From Lobosporangium transversale (taxonomy: Eukaryota): a DNA stretch of 64,000 nucleotides. This document shows, piece after piece, positions 53,322 through 64,000 of the stretch. The first letter of the stretch is position 1. Each line of letters begins with the position of its first letter. The translations under genes and the position numbers were made by a program. The stretch is taken from positions 310,001 through 374,000 of the forward strand of contig NW_019028982.1 in NCBI RefSeq assembly GCF_002105155.1, read 5' to 3'. A model generated the notes under the pieces. It saw nothing but the letters and a program-made list of their open reading frames with translations. It made no database searches and had not been told where the DNA came from.

Positions 53322-53564
53322 CCAGTGGCAACAAACCTTTCAAGTTCATCATCCAATCCTTTTGACTCTCCAATCTTCAGAACAGAGTCCTATTGTCGAC
53401 TTGTGAAACAGAAGCTGGTCGCCCAGTTTGGTGTCACTGGACAACAGCAAGTATCACAGCTTCCCTATGCTGACATAACTAGTCTTCAGGAGATCAATCG
53501 GCAAATGCTCAATGACTGGCGTTTTCAGATCGGATTCAACACCTTGGCCATCCCTCAACCATAA
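49375..53564 (+). CDS. AP4B1: Adaptin beta subunit, most like AP-4 beta
   Basis: Eight exons. MGQGIDVSSLF, INTLLQDCADADPIVRSLALRTLCSL, LYGLLRDRDAQVVINC, DEGGIVINQNIAQYLL, RYRPLTSDELYEIMN, YEPVAIKTQKL, DVADRARF and GFNTL. The EGG-VIN and RY-P...EL..I.N segments match AP4B1 as I recall it, rather than beta-1/2. Confidence 0.8.
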
Positions 53565-53770
53565 AAGAAATTAAAATAAAATAAAAAATAAAAAAATAAA
53601 AATAAAAAACCAACTTTGTAGCTCATCAGTGATTAAAGAACTGTAAACATGTATTTCATGCAGTGATAAACAATATCATTAAAGTTATTATTATATTTGT
53701 TGTATGTTACTTTATGGTTATCTGTCATATTTTTAATGAGGAGGGAGGAAAAAAAGAAAAGAAAAAAGGA

Positions 53771-54339
53771 TTATTGATTAAAAGATGGCAGTGGTGGCCC
53801 ACTATCTTCTCGAAGAGATGACAGCAGATCCTGTGCTTTAACTGCAACAGATGCGGAGTGCTCCATACGGTTTTTCCGCCGGCGATCTCTCCGTGAAGCT
53901 TCATTATCACCTCCATTCCTCAGGCTCTCGAGTAGGCTGTCCATCATACCCTTATCATCACTACCACCATCTGCATCGGGTGTGGGGCCTAAAGCGACAG
54001 AAAGAAAGAAGTAAAAAAAAAAAAAAAAAAAAAAAAGGAAAAGTTGAGTTTTCTTGATTTTACTTAATCTTAGATCCATCCGGAGTATGAAAGTAGGTCT
54101 CAACTGTAAATCTCGAAAACTTTGCTTACCTTCCGCAGTGATGTTGGGAACTTGCAGGCGATTCCTTTTGGCTGCAATCTGCTCTTGACGTTGCTTGGCC
54201 GCCAATTTGGCTTTTTCGCGCTGCTCCTCCTTTTCTCTCTGCTTACGGTTGTCGTCTCTTGCTTTCTGTTGAGGCAAAAATAATAATAATAATAATAGAA
54301 AAAAAAAAAAAAAAAAAAAAAAAACTTTAGAATCCCGTA

Positions 54340-54380
<41 letters not shown>

Positions 54381-57300
54381 ACCCATAACATAAAACTAAA
54401 GAGTTATACCTCAAAGGATGCCATAAATGTCTTGAATATTCCAAAGAATTCGTCCGGCTTCATGATTGTAGGCTCTTCGCCATAAAACTTTACACAATCC
54501 TTATACAGCTCATCCATCTCCGCCATGGCTGCCTCGGCTGCTACGAACTGTTGCTCAGCTGACTCAATAAAAGGCTTCATGACTTCATAAAATCGATCGT
54601 CAGGAGTGACTTTGAGGCCGTCAGGATAGTGTGTGTTGAGCTCCACTTTGATCTCCTTGATCTTGGTCTTAATCAGGTTGAAATCAGACTGAAGCTCAGG
54701 TAATGACACTCGGCATGCCTCACCACAGGAACTGATTTCAGATTGGTAGTTCAACAAGTCAGGTAATGTCGTCTCTGTGATATTGGTCAAGAAGTGAAGC
54801 AATGTCATGTTGGGGGTATTGGATGCTTTCGTGTCGACCAACTTGTTGATACTGGCAATCTTGAAACCAAATGCACCGCCATTATGGCCAGAACCGTTCA
54901 TGTAGTTTCCGAGCATCAGAATTAGATTGAGTAGCTCCTTGAAATATTTGGCCTCCTTCAAGTTTCTAGAGGCAACAGAAATGGCGAAAATGGACTCGTT
55001 GACGCCCTCTAAGAGCGAATTGAAGGTCACCTTAAAACGAAGTCCTTCCAGACGTTGTTGATAGCGGTCGATCTTCAGGATTTCCACAAAGAATGCTTCT
55101 GCTCTACCAAGCTGCAACTTGACATCCTCGGACGCATCCTTGTACTCCAGCAACTTTCCAGTTTCTTCGGCATCAGGAACAAACTTGAGCAAGTTTGTCA
55201 ATTGAACAAGGCTTAACTTTTGATCATCCATACTAACGATGGCATTACGGATTTCTGGATTTGTGTGCTTCATACCACCCAACATGATGTTGATCTGGTG
55301 AGCACGACGCTGCTCAATAACGAGGATTTCTCGCGCCTTCTTGGCTGCACGGGGCTCTATATATAAAAACAGAGAAAAGTTAATAACCTTTGATATTACA
55401 GTAAAGCACTATTACATGTACACACTTTCAAAATAACCTACCTTTACGCTCAAACACCTTGGCGACAAAAAGCTCCTCCATACTTCCAAAAATACCATTT
55501 GCACCGAGAGCTTGCTGAAGAGCCTCTTCGTCCACGCCACCAGAACCCCATACAGTATTTCCGACAGACATGTAATTGAGCTTCTCCCACTGTAATGTCT
55601 TAAGCTTGACACCCGCCATTTGTGCATCCTTCTTTTGGTTCATCTTTCCTAGCATAGGCATACCAGGCGCGCCAGGTGGGGGTGGTGGGCCTCCTCGACC
55701 GGGTGGTGGCGGCGGCGGTGGCGGGCCTCCAACACCTGGTGGGGGAGGAGGAGGTGGAGGAGGAGGAGGAGGAGGAGGAGGTCCACCGGCCTTGGGCGCT
55801 GCAAGTACTGGAGCCTTAGTTGTAGTTGGACTGCTTGTGCCCAGTCTCTTTTTCTTGGCAGCCAACATGGCGGCAAATGTTCCTGGTGCTGGTTCATCCG
55901 AGTCTGAGTCCGTGTCATTGCTGCTAGCTTTAGTACCACTTGTACCTTTGACTGCAGCACCTTTGGCCAACATCTCACCCAACAAACCACCCATTTTGGC
56001 TGATGGCGATGGGAGAGATGGTGAAGCAGGCCCTGGTGGTGGTGGTGGTGGAGGGGCACCAGAAATTGGTGGTGGGGGAGGAGGTGGTGGAGGAGCACCA
56101 GAAACTGGTGGTGGCGGTGGAGGTGGTGGAGGAGCGCCAGAAACTGGTGGTGGCGGTGGAGGTGGTGGAGGAGCGCCAGAAACTGGTGGTGGTGGTGGTG
56201 GTGGAGGCGGTGGTGGTGGTGGCGGAGGAGTACCAGAAATTGGATAGGTATCTGAAGCTGGAAGGTCATTTGAAACTGGATAGGCATCTGAAGCTGAAAA
56301 GTCCTTTGAACCTAGGTAAGCATCTGAAGCTGAAAAGTCCTTTGAAGCCAGATAGGCATCTGAAGCTAGAAGATCGTCTGAAGTGGAATATTCTTTTGAA
56401 ACTGGAACTTCATCTGAAGCGGGATAAGCTTTTGAAACTGGGACTTCATCTGAAACCGAAAGGTCATCTGAAGCTGGAAGATCGTCTGAGTGTGGAAAGC
56501 TAACTGAGGCTGGAAAGTCATCTGAAATCGGATAGGAATCTGAGGTTGGAAGATCATCTGAAGTTGGAAGAGGAGATAGTGGTGATAGAATTTGTGTAGT
56601 AGGAAGTGGTGATGATGGTGCTGGCGCTTGCCCTTCAACAGGTAATGAGGCCGGTGGAGGTGATTCCGTATTTTTCTCAGGTAATTCCTCACCAATATCT
56701 ACTAAAGAAGGACGTGGGTAGGGCACAATACCATTAGAATGAGTTTTTAAGGACCAATAAAAACAAAAATAAAAAATAAAAAATAAAAGAGACTATCATC
56801 AGAAAACCGCGTACCTTTTTCCCTTGATACATCTCTACCCCCTTGTTCACCCTCTGCTCCCAGGCGGTCACTGAGATTTTCTCGATCAGAGCCGTTCATG
56901 AGCGCATCTGAACGCTCTTCTAACCGGCTCGTTGAGGTCGTTTCAGCTGCTTGGTCAGTAGAAGCCAACCCAGGTAATTTAGCGTAGCGTTTCTGCAATC
57001 TGGCACCTTCAGCTCTGGTTTGCTCAAGCAGCTTGCGGATCCTTTCATTATCAACAACCTGGCTGCTACTTCCCGTGCTCTGAACACGTGCATTACCAGT
57101 TCCTGATCCACCAGTTCCTGATCCGCCCGTTCCTGATCCACCAGTTCCAGTGCTTCCATTTCCTGCAGCACTTTCTCCAGTACTTTCTCTGACGCCTCCA
57201 AGCTTTCCTCCAGTACCTCTTCCAACGCCTCCTGCGATGGCGCCCTTGAGCTCCTCTTTGAAATCCTCTCTGATACTCTCTCTACCACTCTCTCTGATAT

Positions 57301-60300
57301 TCTCTCTGGCGCTTTCTCTAACACCTTCTCTGATACCTTCTCTGACACCTCCTCTGACACCTTCTCTAAAGCCTGCCCTAACACTTCCTCTGTTAGGACC
57401 GGTGCCAATGGAGATGCCAGTCTCCAGGCCAGCCTCAGCCATCAGAGTATTCGCATCCTCGAGAGACTTTGTCAAGTGCTTTATCTGAGCATCCTGTCTA
57501 GCCATTATTGCATGTGTCTCCTTTTCAACATTATTGAGCTTAGTCTGAAGGGTTTGGATCGTATGCCTTGAGACTCGGAGCAGATCCTCCAGCGAATAGA
57601 TGTTTGATTTGAGCTGCGATAGCATTCCGTCTATATGGAGTTTTGTGGACGGTCAGTAAGGACTCTTATTATGGCGAACAAAATAAATAAAGTCCTTAAA
57701 CATTAACATACCATCTTTCTGGCCTATTTCATGCTCCAGCTGGATCTTCTGCCTCTTTAAATTCTCGACCTCCTGCTTCAGTTGTTTTGATTCTTCGAGG
57801 ATATCATTCAATCGATCTTGATCAACAAGTTTGCTAACAAGTTGGCTGACAGAGTAGCCAATCTTTTGTTCAAGATCATCTGTGAGGCCTCGTCGGTCCA
57901 TTACAACCTGTGTTACAATGGCATCCATAAGCTGAAAGTAGCGGATCCTGAAATAAAAAAAAGCGTTGAGTTAGTACTGGCATAGTTCAATGGCCCAAAT
58001 TTTTGAAATCCAAGTCTACATTGATGGCAGTCCATGTACCTTAGATCGCCCTCTTCACGAATGAGAAGCATATGTTGGAGGAGTGATAAGAAAAAGTCGT
58101 ATGCCCTGCTGCTTTCTACAGAGCGAAGCAATGCATGGAATACATCGTACGGATCGGACATGTCATGCAGAATTTGATGGTTATAGAACTCCACCATGTC
58201 ATCATAGTCATTCTCTGCCTCATCTTCATAAATGTTTAGCTGTCTGTCAATCAGGTCGTGATTGAGACTCCTCATTTTCTATTGCCATCATATCCCAAAG
58301 TAAGCATCCAGTTAATGAGATCATTGATATGTATTCTAGTGATATATGCAAAAACAGCACAACAGCAGGAGCCACTTACAGAAATGATCCGTGTCAATCC
58401 GCTGGTTGTCAGCTGACTTCGGAGGTGGATACGAAGCTCAATATCGTCAACAACTTGTAATAACGCATTGATCAAGATGACGTTTGATAGCTATAAAAAA
58501 AAAAAAAAAAAAAAAAAGCGTTACTGTAAGTGAAGGATATGTACAGCTTTGCAGTGCAAATATCATACTGAGAACTGTAAAAAAAAAAAAAAAAAAAAAA
58601 AAAAATTGTACAAGTGAACACGTACCACATATTCAATCAGATGGCTGTCAAGTGTTCCTGTCTTCTTCAGCTCCTCGCTCATTCCGATCGCTGTACCAAA
58701 TCGACCACGTCCATCAATAGTGTTCTCCAGGATTCTCATCCATGCATCAAAGCGAGCGCTTTCCCTCCAGTACTCTTGTACTTGATCCAATCCTTCCAAG
58801 ACCAATTTATGGCCCATTGGAACCTCACAGTAGCACAAAAAAGTCAAGACTTCTACAACCAGCTTCCTTGTCTGGATCTGAGGTGAAGTAATTGAGAAAC
58901 AGAGAGCATATATACAAGGAGGGTGCTTAATTGCTTCCTGCGCGCCCCATCGGTTGTTAAGTAACGTCTTTAAACATTTAACAATCTCATGTTCCATCGC
59001 CAAATCCGCATCTCGTCTATAATTTGAATAAAATAAAGGGTTTGTCTGAGACGTCAAGGGAATTTTGGAGAATTACAGAAACTGATTCATCTCGTCTAAT
59101 CTATTAGGGTAGGGCATAAAATGTTCATACCTTGATGGTCTATGGTTCAAAGTAGCTAGTGACGATGACAGGATTTGTTGTCCACGGTTTTGAATGAAAA
59201 TCCGGACCCATCTTTAAAAAAGCAAAGAAACAGTAGGGTGAGCTTGACAAAAGTCATTCAACAAAACGATGTTGATGTGTGCCAATCATTCGATTAAATA
59301 AAGGGTAATTTGGAATAAGATGTGTAACGTACGATATTGGTTGCGACTTGAGAGACACGTGAAGGGCGACGAGAACTTTAACGTCCATGTTTCTAAGATC
59401 TGCATCCGACTGCATCTTTCTCACATAATACTCTGGCGAGGATTTGTCAATTTGACCTTCAACGCGTTTCTTAGCCTAGAAAAAATAAAGGGAGGACGGA
59501 GAGCAAGAAGGATAAAGAAAGGTAGCCGCAAAGCTTGATATGAGTAAAACTGACACGTTTTTTTTATATAAATGTATAGATTACCAACATAAAAGCTATA
59601 TTGATCGTACCTTGTTCTGCTCCTGTGCTTCATGTTGACAAATGAGTTTCCATTTGATATCTAATGGAAGTGCTTCCATTTTCTTGCGCTTTTCACTTCC
59701 CTGCATGTCCATGTTATTCTGTTGGCAATAAAATTAAAAATAATTAAATCAATAAAGTTAGTGTCTTGAAGATCGCTGTTTTCTAGAATAACCTTTTTTT
59801 CCCCTCCTTGTCGTTATTGCAAACAAAAAAAAAAAAAAAAAAAAAAAAAAGATAGAGGGAGAGAGAGAATAGCATCTTCACAGAATGTATTGCCCAGGGT
59901 TAACGCCTCAAACCTCTCAGGTTTGATTATCTTTTGTTATTTGCACACATTCAATTGCCCACACACAAATTAAAAAAAAAAAAGAAAAAGGAAAAAAAAA
60001 AAAAAAAAAAAAAAAAAAAGTGCATGAAAGCCCCTTCTATATCCCCTTCGTTTCTCCCTTTCTGAGGGAAAAAAAAAAAAAAAAAAAAAAAAAGTTGGTT
60101 GTACCATAAAGTCAATAAAACGATCCTCGATTTCCTGGTCATTTCGAGGACGTGTTGGGGGCAAAGGTTCGCTTCGTCCAGCTTCACTGGCTGTCCCTGA
60201 GGTTGAGGTTCTAAATGAGCGTACAGACTGGGTGTCATAGTTATTGGGGGAAGTGGGACGGTCTATTCCTGAAGAGACACGGTGATGTCCTGCAGCGAAG

Positions 60301-60689
60301 GAGGTGATGGCAGCGGCAGCGGCAGTGGAGACGGATCCAAGGTATGAACCAGATGAGGATGAGTGATGGCTAGGATGACCTCTTGCTGATTGTGGTGGAG
60401 ACGAGGTTGAGGAATAGTCTCCCGAGTATGAATGATGTCCGTGCCCTCCTCCGGCTCCATTGCCACCATTGCCATCACCCGAGTTTGTATTTGAATAAGC
60501 GTATTGTCCTTGCTCTCGGTCTGACTGCTGAAAACTTGTACGAGGCTGGTAGGTTGTCTGGGGTACAAAGGGTGGACTGCTTGGTTGATAATAGCCAGTA
60601 CCCGAAGGAATTAAAGTAGGAGAGGAGATGGTGATTGGCTGATTATATTTTGTCGATTTCTTTTTGCCGAGATGCAGAAGCTTGTCCAT
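53771..60689 (-). CDS. Formin (GBD-FH3, FH1, FH2, DAD), Bni1/SepA-like
   Basis: About 13 exons. GBD/FH3 (EIVKCLKTLLNNRWG, DGRGRFG, RIHLRSQL), poly-Pro FH1, FH2 (KLKTLQWEKL, LILMLGNYMNG, GFKIASINKLVDTK, TLLHFL, FFGIF) and DAD motif MMDSLLESL. Confidence 0.95.
56035..56237 (-). repeat. FH1 tandem repeat (SGAPPPPPPPPPV)n
   Basis: Four to five near-identical units, each ending GCACCAGAAACT or GCGCCAGAAACT on the + strand. Confidence 0.85.
56238..56561 (-). repeat. Coding 18-nt tandem repeat, 18 copies of S-D/K-x-hydrophobic-P/S-x, in the formin
   Basis: SDDLPT SDSYPI SDDFPA ... SNDLPA SDTYPI. The DNA unit is roughly tctgaagctggaaggtca on the + strand. Confidence 0.85.
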
Positions 60690-61926
60690 GACGAGACGAG
60701 AAAGATGTGAAGAAGAAAAGAAAGGAAGGGGAAAATAAAAGATAAAAATATAAAATAAAATAAAATAACAAAATAAAAGTAAAAATAAAAAGGGAAGGGA
60801 GAGGAGAAGAAGGGAGAAGGAAGAAGGGAGACTTGCAACGAAGTAAGGACCGTTGCAAGGTCAATTGGTCAAGGTGTTCCTCTCACTCAACCCTTTGAAG
60901 GAGATGTCGTGGTTAAAATAAAAGGTATGATTGAGAGAGAGAGAGAGAGAGAGATTGAGAGAGATTGAGAGAGATTGAGAGATTGAATAAAAAAGAGATA
61001 AAAAAAAAAAAGAACTAAATGACGTTGAGCATAAAAAGAACGAGCAGAGTGAGCATTTTTGATAAAAGTAAAAAGTTATAATAAAAAAGAAGTAAGCAAG
61101 GGAAACGTAAAAATATAAAATTAATCTTAATACTTTTTGCTGGACTCAACTCACAGTCACTTTAATCCATTTCGCCCCTCTGGAGGAAAAAGCACTAACA
61201 CAGCTCTCTTACCATCTATCATCTTTGCTGCAAGACATGATCTGCCTTCGCTCGTGACTCTTACCCAGGAATGCTTTCAGACATTCAGATATTCAGATAT
61301 GTATATTTATATACTCTTGAACAACTCATTTATAACAAAAATATATATACTCTTGAACAGATCTGACTGGACCCAAGACTTATCCAACCACGTCCAATTG
61401 CCTTAACTTTTTGTTTCGGGGAACTATCCCAATAAGAAAACTGTGTTGATGTCATTGGAATCTGCAAATTACAATACCAGTTCAACAACAAAGCCAAAAA
61501 GCATTGCAATTGCATGCCATTTTGTTACTTTATTAACGCCTCCGATGCTTCTCTGATTTGATCATGCCACCATCCCTATCAGTTTTGTCCTTGCATCTGC
61601 AGCATCTGTTACTGTGAAGCCAAGGAGATAATAAATCAAGAATGGGTCAAATAAATTTATAACATCAGCTTGTCAGGTGACACGGCACATGAGAAAGATA
61701 AACACACACTGACCTAAACACAAATATCCAAATACAGAATCCAACCGTGTGAAAGTAAAAAAAATATTTCCATTTTTTCCCTTTTTTGATTTCTCATCCT
61801 TTCCCTTTTTCTCTCTTTCCTTCGCTCTTCTCTTTATTTCTCCTCTTCTTTTCTCACTTTCATCTTTCTTTTCTCCTTGTCCAAACCATCTCTCCCTTCC
61901 ATATCCTTTCCTCCTGAATCTTAATC

Positions 61927-64000
61927 ATGTCGGCTATTACTTGCACACTTCCTGGTTGCAATCAGATCGGATCTCATAGACACGAGGAACAGTATGTTCA
62001 TGTGCTCTGTTATTCTACAATACCTCTTCTCTGTACCTTATTCAGGCACAATATTCTAACCCGCCTTTTACACACATTCAACCCATTAGCACTAATGAAC
62101 CTGCTATCCTCAACAGCATCCTTGAACACATCGGAAACACTCCCTTGGTCCGTATCAACAAGATTGCAAAGACTGAGGGTCTTCAATGCGAGCTTTGTAT
62201 GTACCTTTTTTTTTTTTTATTTTTTTTTTTATACAATATATAAAAAAAAAAAAAAGAAAGAAAAAAGTTGTTGACTTTGGAGATAAGTAAACTAAACAGG
62301 TATTTTTTTTTTTCTTTTCCTTTCTCGTTGGACCATTCAGTGGCCAAATGCGAGTTCTTCAATGCTGGAGGCTCTGTCAAGGATCGTATTGGAAAGCGTA
62401 TGGTCGAAGAGGCTGAGAAGGACGGTCGCTTGAAACCTGGATACACCATCATTGAACCCACCTCAGGAAATACTGGTAAGCGAATAGGGTCAACTTGTGG
62501 TCTTTTATATATACATATATATGTGTGTCTCTTTCCACCTCCATTTTTCTCCTATATTGGCCTTCGCCATTTCATCTTGGACCGCTCTTTCCAGCAACTT
62601 AAGACAATTGTTGTTGTTCTTTTTTCCCATGTGCATGTATACTTTTTTTTTTTTTTTTTTTTTTTATTATTCCTCGGCACCTCTAGTTCGCTTGGTCACA
62701 CAATAACAATAACCAGTTCTAGACTGAGTTGTAAAAAAAAAAAAAAAAAAAAAAAATTGAATTTGGAATTTAGTGAGCTAACAACAAAACAAATATCAAA
62801 CTTTTGCGTGGGAATATTCCTATTAGGCATTGGTCTTGCTCTCGCCGCTGCTGTAAAAGGATACCGTACCATTATCACCTTGCCCGAAAAGATGTCTCAA
62901 GAAAAAGTGGATGTGCTCAAGGCTCTTGGTGCTGAAATTGTCCGCACACCCACAGAGGCTGCCTGGGATGCCCCTGAATCTCACATTGGAGTTGCAAAGC
63001 GACTCAATGCCGAGATCCCCAACTCGGTCATCTTGGATCAGTATGCTAACCCCTACAACCCTGTCGCCCATTATGACCACACTGCCGAGGAGATTTACAG
63101 AGCCTGCGATGGAAAGATTGACATGTTAGTCGCCGGTGCCGGAACTGGAGGAACCATCACAGGAATTGCTAGAAAGCTTAAGGCTCTCTGCCCCAATATC
63201 ATTGTAAGTTTTTTCTTTATTATTATTACTTTTTTCCATCTGAATCATGTGAATGGTTTTATATTTTTATTTTTTATTGTTATTAACTGCTATAAACTGT
63301 TATAATACAATGCCGCATTAGATTGTTGGAGTGGATCCTCATGGTTCTATTTTGGCTCAACCAGAATCACTCAACACATCGACAGAGGGTTACAAGGTCG
63401 AGGGTATTGGTTACGATTTCGTCCCAGAAGCGTTAGACCGCAGCTTGGTTGATCGATGGATCAAGTCGGCAGACAAGGAATCCTTCACCATGGCTCGTCG
63501 TTTGATTCGTGAGGAAGGTATTCTCTGTGGAGGCTCCTCAGGTACTGCAGTTGTCGGTGCTATCAAGGCCGCCAAGGAATTGGGACCTGGCAAGCGCTGT
63601 GTTGTCATCCTGCCCGACTCTGTTCGTAACTACATGACAAAGTTCTTGAACGATGATTGGATGCAGACCAACGGCTTCACAGATCAGACCATGGTCTCCG
63701 AAAAAGAATCCAAACATCTGCAGTGGGGTGGTGCCACCGTTGGAAGCCTTCATCTCAAGGCCGCTGTCACAGTCACGGACACCTCTCGTTGTCGTGAGGC
63801 CATTGTGTTGATGGAAAGCAATGGATTTGATCAGCTTCCTGTCGTCTCCGCCAAGAACGGTCGTCTCGTTGGCTTGGTCACCCTTGGCAATTTGCTCTCC
63901 AGAATCGCTGCGGGCCGTGTCCAGATCGATGGTCAAGTTCAAGATGTCATGTTCAAGTTCCAAAAGTCTGGAGCCCACTTCACTGAAATTACAGACGACA
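61927..64000 (+). CDS. CYS4: Cystathionine beta-synthase; 3' end runs off the window edge
   Basis: Exons 61927-61991, 62090-62197, 62341-62476, 62827-63203 and 63322 onward. [10 protein letters not shown], the PLP lysine in [44 protein letters not shown] and the CBS-domain motif GFDQLPV. Confidence 0.96.

Noticed and set aside
56035..56561. Regularly spaced repeats that might suggest a CRISPR array
   Set aside because: They are in-frame coding tandem repeats of a eukaryotic formin, with no unique spacers and no cas genes.
61430..61700. Met31/32-like AAACTGTG and Cbf1-like TCAGGTGAC upstream of CBS, and CTGTGGC upstream of MET6
   Set aside because: Short imperfect matches to yeast motifs in a distant lineage; unsupported without conservation data.

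Overview
Gene-dense, intron-rich fungal DNA. The gene content (Ssb-type Hsp70, Zap1-like factor, AP-4 beta, SNAPC3, DNMT2) and intron style suggest an early-diverging fungus, probably Mucoromycota/Mortierellaceae; this is an inference. I can support about 15 spliced protein-coding genes: RPS12 (partial), an Ssh4-like SPRY protein, a DUF962/Mpo1-like protein, a CRAL-TRIO lipid-transfer protein, SSB, DNMT2, ILV3, SNAPC3, a Zap1/ZafA-like zinc finger, TM9SF/EMP70, a Kel1/Tea1-like kelch protein, calponin/transgelin, MET6, AP-4 beta, a formin and CBS (partial). There are also one or two orphan ORFs. Two genes (DUF962 and calponin) are missing from the ORF track and were rebuilt by hand from splice sites. 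I saw no tRNA, rRNA, CRISPR array or intact transposon. The most interesting leads are: (1) a multi-hairpin, possibly switchable RNA right after the MET6 stop codon, whose apical hairpin recurs in the SSB intron; (2) an apparently animal-type heme-binding CBS; (3) a divergent AP-4 beta subunit with no ear domain; (4) a probable GC-AG intron controlling the ILV3 mitochondrial presequence; (5) a candidate intronic C/D snoRNA in RPS12; (6) splice acceptors preceded directly by long poly(A) runs. All identifications are by eye; no searches or folding programs were run.
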